DNA of 63,936 nucleotides, counting the filler, from Octopus bimaculoides (lineage: Eukaryota), in assembly GCF_001194135.2 (NCBI RefSeq). It is 6 parts of 6 records of this genome, joined end to end, with 100 filler letters (N's around TTAATTAATTAA, not from the genome) between each part and the next. Parts side by side here need not be neighbours in the genome. Positions count along the whole stretch, not along the records: positions 1 to 31,664 come from NC_068985.1; positions 31,765 to 43,632 come from NW_026295173.1; 4 more parts are not named here. The stretch is one strand, 5' to 3'. Position 1 is the stretch's first letter; each line of letters begins with the position of its first letter. Below, in pieces: positions 27,901 through 40,119 of this stretch. The position numbers were made by a program, and so were the translations under genes. Under the pieces are notes generated by a model. The model was given only the letters and a program-made list of their open reading frames with translations, did not search any database and was not told the DNA's origin.

Positions 27901-28997
27901 TGAAATTAAAGGAGGTGAAATCTGAGATTGAAGACGTAATTCATTTATCTAATTCCGTGAGACACATTGGAGATAGGCACCACTTATCTTCTCTTTTGCC
28001 ATTCTGTTTCTCCCATCCAAGAACCCACAATGGCTAGAATTTACCAGATATTGTTTCGCCACGTTTTTCCTACATTGTTCAGCAAACTATATATTTAAGA
28101 TATTCAAGCTGGACAATAATCGTTCAGTCCAACCAGGTTCCGGAGCGGTGAGAAATGCAAAATCATGGATACATTCTTTTACTTTTGACTAAAGCCGTTA
28201 AAAGTATTTATTACATTTTGCCGACTCGTATACTAACAAGGTCTACTGAATGTAGAAAACAAAACATTCAATAAAATTTAGCAAAACCTCCGCAGAGTGA
28301 CATAATGAAAAACTGACAACACAGGTTTTTCAATGTAACTTTATTGTTTACCGACCATCATCACTTCTCGCCATTAGTATCTTCATGTAGTTTTACATCA
28401 AACATGTCTTCATTCCTTCATAATGTTATCTGCTGCAAATTTTTTTAACTGTGAATCTTCTATATCGATCGCTCTACCGCTTCAACAGCATGTTCAGTAG
28501 GTTATAAGCTCTGTCTTTTCCCCTACAGTACTACATTTAAAATAAACCTAATTAAACTCAAGCTGAGCTAGAATTAAATTATATCGGAAACTTTAGCGTG
28601 AGATGTTTCGGTCGAACTGTAATTAAACACAATTGCGAACGCAGAATTGTGTAAAAATTGATGATTGATCAAGAATGACTTTCACATTGATTCAATTATT
28701 TTAGCTTCAAAATAACCCGAAGCCTGTCTGTTTTGGAAGCAGCAAGTCAGATGTTTTAAATAACTTCATATAACCTCGAATATATCATCGGAATTTAACA
28801 CGGACAAAGATATATGTTTAAATGCAGAAGTGTACAGTTAAGGAAATAACTAAATAATTCTTCTCAATCGAAATACTAATATAATTAGGAGAATGCGAAA
28901 CTCGTCTTGCAAAAATATGTTAATATGATTGAGACCACTGTTACCATGTAATATTATGTGCGTGTGTGTGTGTGTGTGCACATGCATACTTACGTAT

Positions 28998-29116
28998 ATA
29001 TCTAAAGCAGCAGTAGCAGTAACAGCAGCAGCAGCAGCAGTAGCAGCAGCAGCAGCAACAGCAGCAGTAGTAGTAGTAGTAGTAGTAGTAGTAGTTGTTG
29101 TTGTTGTTGTTGTTCC
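28998..29116. repeat. Compound (CAG)n/(TAG)n/(GTT)n microsatellite
   Basis: Directly visible. Confidence 0.95.
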
Positions 29117-29499
29117 TTGATTGATGGGGAAAGCAGCGTGATAAAACATGAAAATGTTCGCAATTACAAGGAAATACTTACAACCAACACAACCAGATTT
29201 CAATTATTTATTCAGGAAACGGAATCATTAAAAACAAAAACAAAAAAAAATGTCACGGAATCGTCAATCCAGCACAGAGAACGTAGTATTTTTAGTTACA
29301 CATAGAAAAAGGGCAGTCTTTTCATGTCTCCAAAAATCATGTGCATAAAGCTCTCAGTATTAGGGTAAACGGCTCGTAATGCTATAATGTTTAGTTTTGG
29401 TAATTAAGTGACCGATCAGTTTGATTATATGACCATCTTCATGCTATGTCTTGTATATTTTGGAGGCAATTAGATATTTCAGCCAGTTAGTAAAAGGGT

Positions 29500-29812
29500 A
29501 AAGACCCCGTTCGGTCATGAATGATCGTGGGATTGCATCTAGAAAGTTCCCCTCCAAAGCACTAGTCCAGGTAAGGTTGTTTTATGGAAGACCAGCATAC
29601 CAGTTTCCCGTTTCCATGCCACCAATTTTTATCCAATAGAAAGGCAGAGGCTAATACAGCTTGGCACCAGTGGTGTATCATTTTCACAGCTAAGTGAACT
29701 GGGACAACGTGAAGTAAAGTGTCTTGCTCAGGAAACACACCACACAGCCTGGTCCGTGAATCGAACTAATTACTTATGGTTGTAAGCTCGACGCTCTAAC
29801 CACGCGCCTTCA
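29500..29812 (-). mobile_element. tRNA-derived SINE family C
   Basis: Reverse complement of the element at 33066-33400 and 48460-48795. Confidence 0.8.
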
Positions 29813-30937
29813 CAGTCAGTCAGTACTTCTTTAGTAAATATTTTATATAAAGTGAGAAGCATGATTGAAAGAGTTACTTCTAAGTATAGTAAATACAACG
29901 CTAGGCATATTTATTTTTCTTGAATGTAATAAAGCTTCTAATATTATAAACAAACTGAACATTGTGAGCAGGCAGAATCGATAACGCTTAGCAGTATTTC
30001 GCCCGACATTACGTTCTGACTTCAAATTCTGCCGAGGTCGACTTTGCCCTTCATTTTTTTTCTCTGGTGGTGGTTGTGTGTGTGTGTGTGTNNNNNNNNN
30101 NNNNNNNNNNNNNNNNNNNNNNNNNNNNNNNNNNNNNNNNNNNNNNNNNNNNNNNNNNNNNNNNNNNNNNNNNNNNNNNNNNNNNNNNNNNNNNNNNNNN
30201 NNNNNNNNNNNNNNNNNNNNNNNNNNNNNNNNNNNNNNNNNNNNNNNNNNNNNNNNNNNNNNNNNNNNNNNNNNNNNNNNNNNNNNNNNNNNNNNNNNNN
30301 NNNNNNNNNNNNNNNNNNNNNNNNNNNNNNNNNNNNNNNNNNNNNNNNNNNNNNNNNNNNNNNNNNNNNNNNNNNNNNNNNNNNNNNNNNNNNNNNNNNN
30401 NNNNNNNNNNNNNNNNNNNNNNNNNNNNNNNNNNNNNNNNNNNNNNNNNNNNNNNNNNNNNNNNNNNNNNNNNNNNNNNNNNNNNNNNNNNNNNNNNNNN
30501 NNNNNNNNNNNNNNNNNNNNNNNNNNNNNNNNNNNNNNNNNNNNNNNNNNNNNNNNNNNNNNNNNNNNNNNNNNNNNNNNNNNNNNNNNNNNNNNNNNNN
30601 NNNNNNNNNNNNNNNNNNNNNNNNNNNNNNNNNNNNNNNNNNNNNNNNNNNNNNNNNNNNNNNNNNNNNNNNNNNNNNNNNNNNNNNNNNNNNNNNNNNN
30701 NNNNNNNNNNNNNNNNNNNNNNNNNNNNNNNNNNNNNNNNNNNNNNNNNNNNNNNNNNNNNNNNNNNNNNNNNNNNNNNNNNNNNNNNNNNNNNNNNNNN
30801 NNNNNNNNNNNNNNNNNNNNNNNNNNNNNNNNNNNNNNNNNNNNNNNNNNNNNNNNNNNNNNNNNNNNNNNNNNNNNNNNNNNNNNNNNNNNNNNNNNNN
30901 NNNNNNNNNNNNNNNNNNNNNNNNNNNNNNNNNNNNN

Positions 30938-30977
<40 letters not shown>

Positions 30978-31596
30978 CGCTCTTTTGGGTAAAACTGGGC
31001 AACCGGAAACAATGGAGTTAGTTGTTCTTCATAACCTTCGCATATTCTCTACACTTCGGCTTGACTGTACTCTGAGACTCGTCTTCCTTCACTTCTTACT
31101 TCCGTCTTCTCTCATGTTTTTCAAGTACGTAAGCTATTCTCTGCAGGCTTTTCTTGGTGTATTCTAAACATTATCGTTAGGTTTCTTATTTTCTCCGCAA
31201 TTTTTTCTAATTCTCTGACGTCCTTTGAGAACATTATAACTGAAGCATTGTTTTCTTTACTGGAACAGCGAGACTATTGATAATTATTATCTTATTGTTT
31301 AAAAATGTATCTCTGATTAAAGTATTAATCCAATGTAACTGCATATCATTTCCTAAATGTTTCTCTCCTTTGTGTGTGCGGTGATTAGTTAAATCATTCC
31401 TAAGTATTCACGTGTGTTTGGACTAATTCTATTATTTCTTACTTGTCTAATAAGAAATTACTGGTTTTAATTGTTTTTCTTCACTTCAAAACTTGGCTGT
31501 CACACTTTTCGATTTCGAAATTTAGGGTACGTTTTCAACTGAATCCTTTCCCTGAGTTTACCTTCTTAAAGTTTTTTACATATACACGTGCATTTG

Positions 31597-31664
<68 letters not shown>

Positions 31665-31764
31665 NNNNNNNNNNNNNNNNNNNNNNNNNNNNNNNNNNNN
31701 NNNNNNNNTTAATTAATTAANNNNNNNNNNNNNNNNNNNNNNNNNNNNNNNNNNNNNNNNNNNN
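31665..31764. other. Scaffold-join spacer 44N-TTAATTAATTAA-44N (also centred at 43677, 46358, 54355, 57065)
   Basis: Identical 100-base structure five times. The palindrome has TAA in all six frames, so it is artificial. Confidence 0.95.
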
Positions 31765-32170
31765 GGTAGACTTGCAAGGCCCCTCTTCCAAAATTCACTT
31801 GTCCGTGATAAAAATTACTTCTCCTGTACTGTTCTGATCTTGTCTATAGAATTCATATTTTTTTCATCCAAATGAAATTGAAGATTATGATAATCAGATG
31901 GGGCAATGTTCAGCAAATATGGAGGCTGGAACATCGTTTCCTATTCAAACTGCTCCAGCCTTTGCAATGTTATCCTCAGTGTATGTAGTCAAGGTGTTCT
32001 TCCTGATGGAAGAACACCTTTCATCTTGAAACCAAAGATGGTTGTTTTCCTTCTAACGCTGGCTTGAATGACTGGTTGAATGACCAAAACAATTATATAT
32101 CAGCGGCATTGAAAATCTGCAATGGCTCCATAACTACCATCTCAGCTATAACCTTGGAGCCCCAGTAACC
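31765..32170 (-). mobile_element. mariner (DD34D) transposase C-terminal relic
   Basis: KQALEGKQPSL..VFFHQ..QRLEQFE..FQPPY..IAPSDYH..FWKRGLASL approximates PHPPYSPDLAPSDYHLF. Confidence 0.8.
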
Positions 32171-32220
32171 CATTACAGCAATTACCTAGCATTTCAGGCC
32201 TTGCGCCTATAGTAGAAAGG

Positions 32221-32258
<38 letters not shown>

Positions 32259-32259
<1 letters not shown>

Positions 32260-32617
32260 GTTCAGTAGTTTTATTCTTATAACATGCTTTCACTTCACTA
32301 CCGAGCGCAGCTCTGTGTGCCTTGGGTATGTGCTGTGGTTTGCTGTGATGCTCTTATGGTTACTGTATTGAAAGTGTTTTGCGTAGGATGTGTGCAGTGC
32401 CCAGTAGTGCAATTTTCTGTATGTTATATATATTTGTAAGTCCTGGTGTTTTTGTTATGTATTTGTCTGAATATTTTTTTATTATACCTAAGGCACCTAC
32501 TATGATAGGAATTGTTTCTGTTTTTAGATTCCACATTCGAGTTGCCTCTATTTCCAGGTCTTTGTATTTTGAAAGTTTTTCCATTTTTTTAGGGAAATGT
32601 TGTCATCTGCTGGTATT
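32259..32617 (-). mobile_element. R4/Dong-clade 3' fragment, young subfamily
   Basis: ORF KLSKYKDLEIE..PIIVGALG..QKIALLGTAHILRKTLS, then 3' UTR and (TAA)n. Confidence 0.92.
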
Positions 32618-32653
32618 NNNNNNNNNNATTATTATTATTATTATTATTATTAT

Positions 32654-33032
32654 TGTTCAGTAGTTTTATTCTTATAACATGCTTTCACTTCACTACCGAG
32701 CGCAGCTCTGTGTGCCTTGGGTATGTGCTGTGGTTTGCTGTGATGCTCTTATGGTTACTGTATTGAAAGTGTTTTGCGTAGGATGTGTGCAGTGCCCAGT
32801 AGTGCAATTTTCTGTATGTTATATATATTTGTAAGTCCTGGTGTTTTTGTTATGTATTTGTCTGAATATTTTTTTATTATACCTAAGGCACCTACTATGA
32901 TAGGAATTGTTTCTGTTTTTAGATTCCACATTCGAGTTGCCTCTATTTCCAGGTCTTTGTATTTTGAAAGTTTTTCCATTTTTTTAGGGAAATGTTGTCA
33001 TCTGCTGGTATTGATACATCAATTAGAAAGCA
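32654..33032 (-). mobile_element. R4/Dong-clade 3' fragment, identical to the adjacent copy, with (TAA)n on both sides
   Basis: Same ORF as 32360-32584. The 5' truncation at KCFLIDVSIP directly abuts (ATT)n. Confidence 0.92.
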
Positions 33033-33065
33033 TTTATTATTATTATTATTATTAATATTATTAGT

Positions 33066-33400
33066 GAAGGCGCATGACTCAGAGGTTAGAGCGTCAAGCT
33101 TATAATCGTGAGGTTGTGAGTTCGATTCCCGGACCAGGCTGTGTGTTGTATTCTTGAGCAAGACACTTTATTTCACGTTGCTCCAGTTCACTCAGCTGTA
33201 GAAATGAGTTGTGACATCACTGGTTCCATGCTTTATTGGCCCCTTTGCCTTTCCCTTGGATAACATCAGTGGTGTGGAGAGGGGAGGCTGGTATGCATGG
33301 GCAACTGCTGGCCTTCATAAACAACCTTGCCCAGACTTGTGCTCAGAGGGTAACTTTCTAGGTGCAATCCCATGGTCATTCACGACCAAAGGGGGTCTCC
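33066..33400 (+). mobile_element. tRNA-derived SINE family C, full length
   Basis: gaaggcgcatgactcagaggttagagcg...gttcgattcccggacc head; matches 48460-48795. Confidence 0.9.
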
Positions 33401-33410
33401 TCCTCCATTA

Positions 33411-33447
<37 letters not shown>

Positions 33448-33985
33448 GTTGTTTTTTTCCTTCTTTCTTCAAATTTTCTTCCATTTCTTGCCGAGTGTTT
33501 TCCGTACACCTAGGGCAGAGAAACTCGTTGTATGCAATCTCAGTTTACACACACAAATTCACAGGTAAAACATGTATTTAAAAAAAAAAAAAATTTTTTA
33601 ATCATGAATGGATGCTGTTTTCACAGCGATAATGCTCTTCTCAGTACATGAGTCGTTCCAGTTAGCACGNNNNNNNNNNNNNNNNNNNNNNNNNNNNNNN
33701 NNNNNNNNNNNNNNNNNNNNNNNNNNNNNNNNNNNNNNNNNNNNNNNNNNNNNNNNNNNNNNNNNNNNNNNNNNNNNNNNNNNNNNNNNNNTTTATGATG
33801 ATATCCGGTTTATTAGCTTTTATAGCCTTGTCAGTATGTACGGGGAAGTCCCAGAGAATCGATACATTTTCTCCTTCAGTCACAGCTTCAGGATGGTGTT
33901 TATACCATTTGTCAGCGGTTTTGATTTTATAATGCTGACATATTGTCCAGTGTAAATACTGGCCAACTCTGTCATGTCTTGCTTT
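33448..33985 (-). mobile_element. R4/Dong-clade 3' fragment between two (TAA)n arrays
   Basis: TEGENVSILWDFPVHTDKAIKANKPDIII [gap] VLTGTTHVLRRALS*. Confidence 0.85.
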
Positions 33986-34012
33986 ATATTCTACTTATTA
34001 TTATTATTATTA

Positions 34013-34046
<34 letters not shown>

Positions 34047-34049
34047 CTC

Positions 34050-37000
34050 CTGACTGATTTGCATTTTATTTCATCTTCCTTCTGGGTCTCAACTAGAGAC
34101 CTAAGACACATATATATCAGATGGAGAGAAACTGGCTGAGAATATGGATGGTTGATGTCAACACAATTTTTTGAGCCTCATATATTGTTGGTTTCCCAGG
34201 GGTCTGGTCAAAAAAATTGGTCACTACCTTTCTTGATCATTCCTAGGGCGTCTACAACAACAAGGTTGGTTTTGGTTTTTAATTACCACATCCTAGATAT
34301 CTAAACCTCAAGGACCTCAAATTCTTTTGCTGAGATGTTTCAATCAGAAGGCACTGACATATCAATTAACAGGCATGTTTTTGTCTCAGGTCTTCGATGA
34401 CAATGTCTGATCAATTATTATTTATTTCCCTGTCTATATGTATCCCATAATCTGATAGAATGGTAACATTCTCTCCCTCAGTGACTGGCTCTGGAAGGTG
34501 TTCATACCAGGTTTTAGGGTGCAGGATATCATAGTGATGGCATACATTCCAGTGAAAGTATTGGCCAACTCGATCATGCCTGGTTTTATATTCTGTAAGA
34601 GCAAAGACTGAGCATCCAGCAACAATGTAGTCAATACTCTCCAGTTTGTCACTACAGAGACTACACTTTGTGTCTATCTCTTCGTGTATGGCATTAGCTT
34701 GATAGTTCTGAGTGAGGAGGCTCTGGTCTTGTGCTGCTAGGATAAATCCTGTTTCGGATTTCAAACCAGCACTCTGCAGCCACTGATGAGTTCTCCTATC
34801 TACATCAGCTCCCCTAGCTCATTTGGGGTATTGCTCATGCAATGGTAATTATTTTTTTGCCAGTCTCGATATTACCTTCAAACTTTCCTGTTTTACACTT
34901 TTTTGCTGCTTTAGTGGGTGATCCGTCCTCTTTATCATCATCATAATTAGGGAGGTTAAGCTCTCGCCTGAATATAAAGTCTTCCTTTGACATTGTGTGC
35001 AGTTTCTTACTCTGTTCGTGTTGCCTTACCAGCTGTGTTATCCAGTCAGTGTTACTTTGGATGTAAACTTGGAGTCCTATCAAAGTCATTTTATAGGATG
35101 CTTCAAGTTGGATTGGACCTCTGCCACCTTCCTTTCGTGGGAGATAGAACCTGTGAATGTCTGATTTTGGGTGCTGCATCCTGTATTGTGTTAGCACTTT
35201 CCTGGTCTTTATGTCTATGTGCTGGATTTAATTCAGATTCCAATTGATGACATTAAGGCTATACTGGACAACTGGTACCGCCAGGGAGTTTATAGATGCA
35301 ATTCAGTTCTGGAGTTCAGCTCAGGATCCAGGACAATTCTGACATGTCTATAATATTCTGTCCTGATCTTCTCTTTCATTGATCTGTGTTGAATTCCTTT
35401 CCCTTCATGTGCCCCAAGATACTTTTAAAAACCTTCTAGATCCAGATCCTTGATAGATGTGTCATGATCAAGTTGGGTTGTGGTTTTAGCTATCAGTTTA
35501 CCACATTTGAATGAAGCTTCTGCACACTTGTCAAGGCCAAATTCCAAATTTATATCATTGTTGAATTTTTTCATAGTTACCAGTAGCCCTTTGAGATCCT
35601 TGTCACCTTTTTGCATATAATTTCAGATCAATGTAGAGCAAGTATGAGATGATCTTGTCAAATTCTTTGCAACCATGGTTTGTTCTATTCAGCTTGTTGG
35701 ACAAGGGAATGAGGGAAAGGCAGAAGAGAAGAGGGGAGAGTGAATCATCCTGGAATATTCCACGGTCTATTTTGATGTTCTCTGATACATATGAACCTTT
35801 CTTGTGGTTGAGAAATAGTTTTGTGTTCCACAGTCCCATATTGTGCTGTAGAAGACCTTTTATGAAAGGAGAGATCGAGTATATTTTAGTGCTGTCAAAA
35901 TCCAGCTATGTGGGACACTGTCAAATTCCTTACGATAGTCCATCCATGCTATGTCAAGATTTCGTTTTTTGGATGAACAATTTTTGAGCATCATACAGTT
36001 TATTAATAGTTGGTCTTTGCAGCCATATGAATTTCTTTTGTACCCATTTTGCTCAAGGGAAAGGATGTTGTTTACATCAAGAAATTGGTACATCCTTTCA
36101 GTGAGGATGGATGTAAGTGCTTTGTACATGGTGGCCAAATAAGTGATTGACCTATAGTTTTGTTGGGTCACTTGTTTTAAGGAGTAGGTATATTATCCCT
36201 AATGTTAGCCAGCTTGCAGTCTTTTGGAGGTTTCTGATGACGCTAGAGAAACATTCCATGAACTGATAGTGTGATGATGAAAATCTATTAAGCCAGAAGT
36301 TTGGGATTTTATCATGTCCAGAAGACTTCCACTTGTGAGTTTTAGATAGAGCTTGAGTTAGTTCCCGCTTTGTAATATCATACCATCTCTATTCTTCAAT
36401 CTCAACCATTCTTTCTTTTCTCCCTACCCATTCAACTTCTTTGTTGAATTCCTTTCTGTTGCTCTCTATGCTTTTCCAAAATACCACTACTTCTTTCATA
36501 TCAGGCAGGTCTTTTATGTAGATCAACTGTTTCCCTAACTCACTGTAGAATTTCTCAGCAACAGTTTTAAATATTTTAATTTGTCTGTAAAATTTATTTC
36601 TTTTTTCATACCAGTGTAAGCGTTGGACCTTAACCTGCATTTTTTGCTAAACCACTTCTCTTACTCTCAGTACTTCATTCATGCTTATCAGATTGTATTT
36701 TCACTTTATCTCTCTAGCCATTCTCATCTTTATATTATTTCTTTTAGAGAGTTTGTCTAAGATCAATAATTCCTGTTGAAAGCTCTCCATTTCCTTATTT
36801 GAGTGCTCTTTCCATCTTGGATGTTCAAGTGTTTTTGTTTTTTTTTTGTGAGCTTTTTTCTTTATCGTGACACCTATTTTTTGCCTCAAGTATTTCCTCT
36901 ATTAGCTTCAGCAAATGTGTCAGCTTCAGGTTCTTTCCTCTTTCCTGTTATTTCATTATCAGTTCGGCCATCTATACTACTTCAGTTTCTAAATTGCCTA

Positions 37001-37240
37001 CATCAATATCATGTCAGGGATGTCTTTATCAATAGGTTGCATGTCTTCCTGTTCATTATTCTCAGTGATTGTAACTTGTGCTTCAGCTTGATTTTGGGGA
37101 ATGGAAGTGGCATTATTTTTTATCTTTGATTCTGCTGGTGTTTGGTGGTTATTACACATGATATCTCAGCATACGTTAGCTAAATTATTTGCATCACTAT
37201 AACCATGGATGTCATCCTCTATCATTCCTATCCAGACAAT
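34050..37240 (-). mobile_element. Near-complete but disrupted R4/Dong-clade non-LTR retrotransposon (RT, CCHC knuckle, RLE)
   Basis: NYRSITYL; GCKDQLLIN; AWMDYRKEFDSVPHSW; RGIFQDDSLSPLLF; LLYIDLKLYAK; INLEFGLDKC; HPKSDIHRFYLPRKEGGRG; AAQDQSL; CSLC..ESIDYIVAGC; RHDRV. Many stops and frameshifts; (TAA)n at the 3' end. Confidence 0.92.
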
Positions 37241-37324
37241 GAAACACAACTCAGATTTATTACATCATGGTTGGTTCAGTACTGTGTAGAATGCTGTTAT
37301 AACTTGCTTATTATTATTATTATT

Positions 37325-37363
37325 GAGTGAGAGAGCAGTGCATGCCATCAAAGTGATACTGAG

Positions 37364-37400
<37 letters not shown>

Positions 37401-37900
37401 GAAGCCCAGTATATCCATCATAAATACCTGTCTGATAAGGGTACACCAGGCATATACATCACAATCATATCTGCATGACATGGTGATCTCATATCAAGAT
37501 AAACAGGGCATGACCTCGCAGGTGGGGCCCAGCTAGAATTTTCATCAGATCGAGTAGCCCATCCCACTTAAAAGGTCTCTGAACAAGGGTTGTTTAAGGA
37601 TGTTGAATGAAACAGCCATGTTTCCAAAGGTGAATTATCCAAACCCCAAAGAGTTCCTCTCAACACATAGCTATGATGCTCCCCTACTACTTCTGCTCGT
37701 GATCAGAGATGCACATATCATCAGCCACCAAGGGACATGTTCAGCTGGTTAAAGTCAAACAACTGACAAGCAAATCTGTGGTATTGAACAGAATATTTGC
37801 TGTAGCCCATCTTTTATACCAAGACAAGACAATGTATATGATAATACTTCCAATCAATTACGATCAAAACCACAAGAGCCACTACCTGGTACTGCATCAG
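37325..37900 (-). mobile_element. Putative non-coding retroposon ending in (AAT)n
   Basis: Minus strand ends ...ctctctcactc-AATAATAAT. No recognisable ORF; an internal TA tract is present. Single copy in the window. Confidence 0.45.
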
Positions 37901-38072
37901 GGCATATTGCGGTATTTTGTCTGTCTTCAATTTCTGAGTTCAAATTCCACCAAGGTTGATTTGGCCTTTCACCCTTTTGAAGTTGAATTAAGTACCAGTG
38001 AAACACTGGGGTTGATATAATCGACTAGATCACTCCTCCAAAATTTCAGGCCTTGTGCCTTTAGTAGAAAGG
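37900..38072 (+). mobile_element. SINE family B with (ATT)n tail
   Basis: gagttcaaattccaccaagg...ccttgtgcctttagtagaaaggattatt. Confidence 0.85.
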
Positions 38073-38120
<48 letters not shown>

Positions 38121-38790
38121 TGATGAAAACTCTCAGCTCCTTTGCTGGGTATGGTGGAAAGTGTCAGCTGTCCACAGCCAGTAGACTAAGGTGACACTTG
38201 GTTACTGGTGATGCTTGAAGAACCCTACAAAGAATTGTTGCAGTTCAAAGCAATACTGATTTTTGTAAGTGTTCTCCATTCACACTTGCACCAATCTTTT
38301 TCAGCCATGTTGGTAGTTGAGTGTTGATACTTCCAAATGCCCCAATTATTATTGCTATCACATCTACTCTCTTCATTGACCACAACCTTTGTATTTCCCA
38401 CTTCAAATTGTTGTAGTTGTTCAATTTTTCTTCTTTCTCTTTGATCCTGTTGTCACCAGGACATACTATGTTGATTATCATGCAAGTTTTTCATTTTTTA
38501 TTCAACACAACACTGTTCAGTTTCCGATATCTGGTCAGGTGATTGCACTGGATCATTGCATTCCACAAGATTTTGAAATCTTCATTCTCAGTGACTCCTT
38601 CTGGGGTTTTCTCACACCACGTCTTTCTTTTTTGTAGGCCATGGCTTCCAAACAGCTCCCAATGGCTCATTCTTGTCACATTGTCATGTCATCTTTTGTA
38701 TTCTCATTATGCCAGTTTCGGACATTTGCTAACAATGTGCCATACCATTTCACCCCTCTCACCATATCATCATCAGCATCATCACTATTA
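38121..38790 (-). mobile_element. R4/Dong-clade 3' fragment (another subfamily)
   Basis: HWEL..TPEGVTENEDFKILWN; IINIVCPGDNRIKEKEEKLNNYNNLKWEI..IIIGAFG..LQKSVLL. Confidence 0.88.
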
Positions 38791-39074
38791 TTAAATGTTT
38801 ATTATCATTAGGCAGTTATTATGCATAAAGTCTCTGTGGACATTGGATTATTGTTCACAACAATATAATCACATCCGTTATCATTTCTCTCCAGATACTG
38901 AAACACAACACAATTTTTTTAATATCCTGGTTGGTCTAGTGCTATGTATAATGCTGTCATTATTATTATTATTATTATTATTATCATCCTCATTTCAAAT
39001 GAATATTTCCTCAGCTGCCTATTGTAGCCTTTACATGGAATAAGAATATAAGAGAATTATTGACCTCTATACTT

Positions 39075-39138
39075 GACTCCAAGAAAACAAACACTGGAGT
39101 ATCTGCACGCTGTACCTTAAAGAACAGCCACAAGAGAG
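39075..39138 (+). other. Candidate non-coding 5' exon
   Basis: Strong donor GAG|GTAAGC at 39139, TATAAG about 30 nt upstream of the inferred start, unique sequence, no ATG. The start coordinate is a guess. Confidence 0.3.
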
Positions 39139-39496
39139 GTAAGCCCTGTTCATTGTGCAACAACATGAGTGAAGTGAATTCCATCAGAAATCATAACAGA
39201 AAGTGCATATTCTTAGAAAATATTCTGAATCTGCTTCACTTTCACTTCTCAGAAGGTATGAGGAGAAATATGTTTGCGGGTTATTAACATCACACCCTGG
39301 AGGAATGAATAAGATGACAGGAGAATATCATCAAATTTATACAAAACTGTTTGATTAGATATTCTTCTTTCTCTCTTTATTATTTACTGAGCTACATGGT
39401 AAAAAGTTTACTTTCCAGTCACATGGTTCCAGGTTCAGCNNNNNNNNNNTACCAATGGAATGCCATATATATATATGTGTGTGTGTGTGTATGTAT

Positions 39497-39826
39497 GTGG
39501 AGGCGCAATGGCCCAGACCGGGCGTTGTGAGTGTTTATTGTGCGAAAACACCTAAAGTTCCACATGGCTGCAGCAGGGGATGGCGGCGAACCTTGCTGTA
39601 CTCTTTCATCACAACTTTCTCTCACTCTTTCTTCCTGTTTCTGTTGTGCCTGTAATTCAAAGGGCCAGCCTTGTCCCACTCTGTGTCACGCTGAATCTCC
39701 CCGAGAACTACGTTAAGGGTACACGTGTCTGTGGAGTGCTCAGCCACTTTTACGTTAATTTCACGAGCAGGCTGTTCCATTGATCAGAACAACTAAAACC
39801 CTCGTCGTTGTTACCAATGGAATGCC

Positions 39827-39827
<1 letters not shown>
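39497..39827 (+). mobile_element. SINE-like element (family D) with partly deleted head
   Basis: ggaggcgcaatggcccag head-like start. Its 3' end accaatggaatgcca also occurs at 39451. Confidence 0.55.
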
Positions 39828-39858
<31 letters not shown>

Positions 39859-40119
39859 TTATCCCCACCTCCACCATCACTTGACAACCAATGTTGGTGT
39901 GTTTACAACCCAGCAACTTTGCAGTTCAACAAAAGAGAATGATAGAATAAGTCCAGGGTTTGATTTCTTCAGCTAAAAGGTAGTGCTCCAGCATGGCCAC
40001 AGTCAAATGACATACAAATAAAAGAATAAAAGAATACATATGAATACAAAAACTGGAAGAATATTTAGAAATGCAAATATGAACTGTAAAAGCAGAAATT
40101 TAATTTACTGCATCAAATA

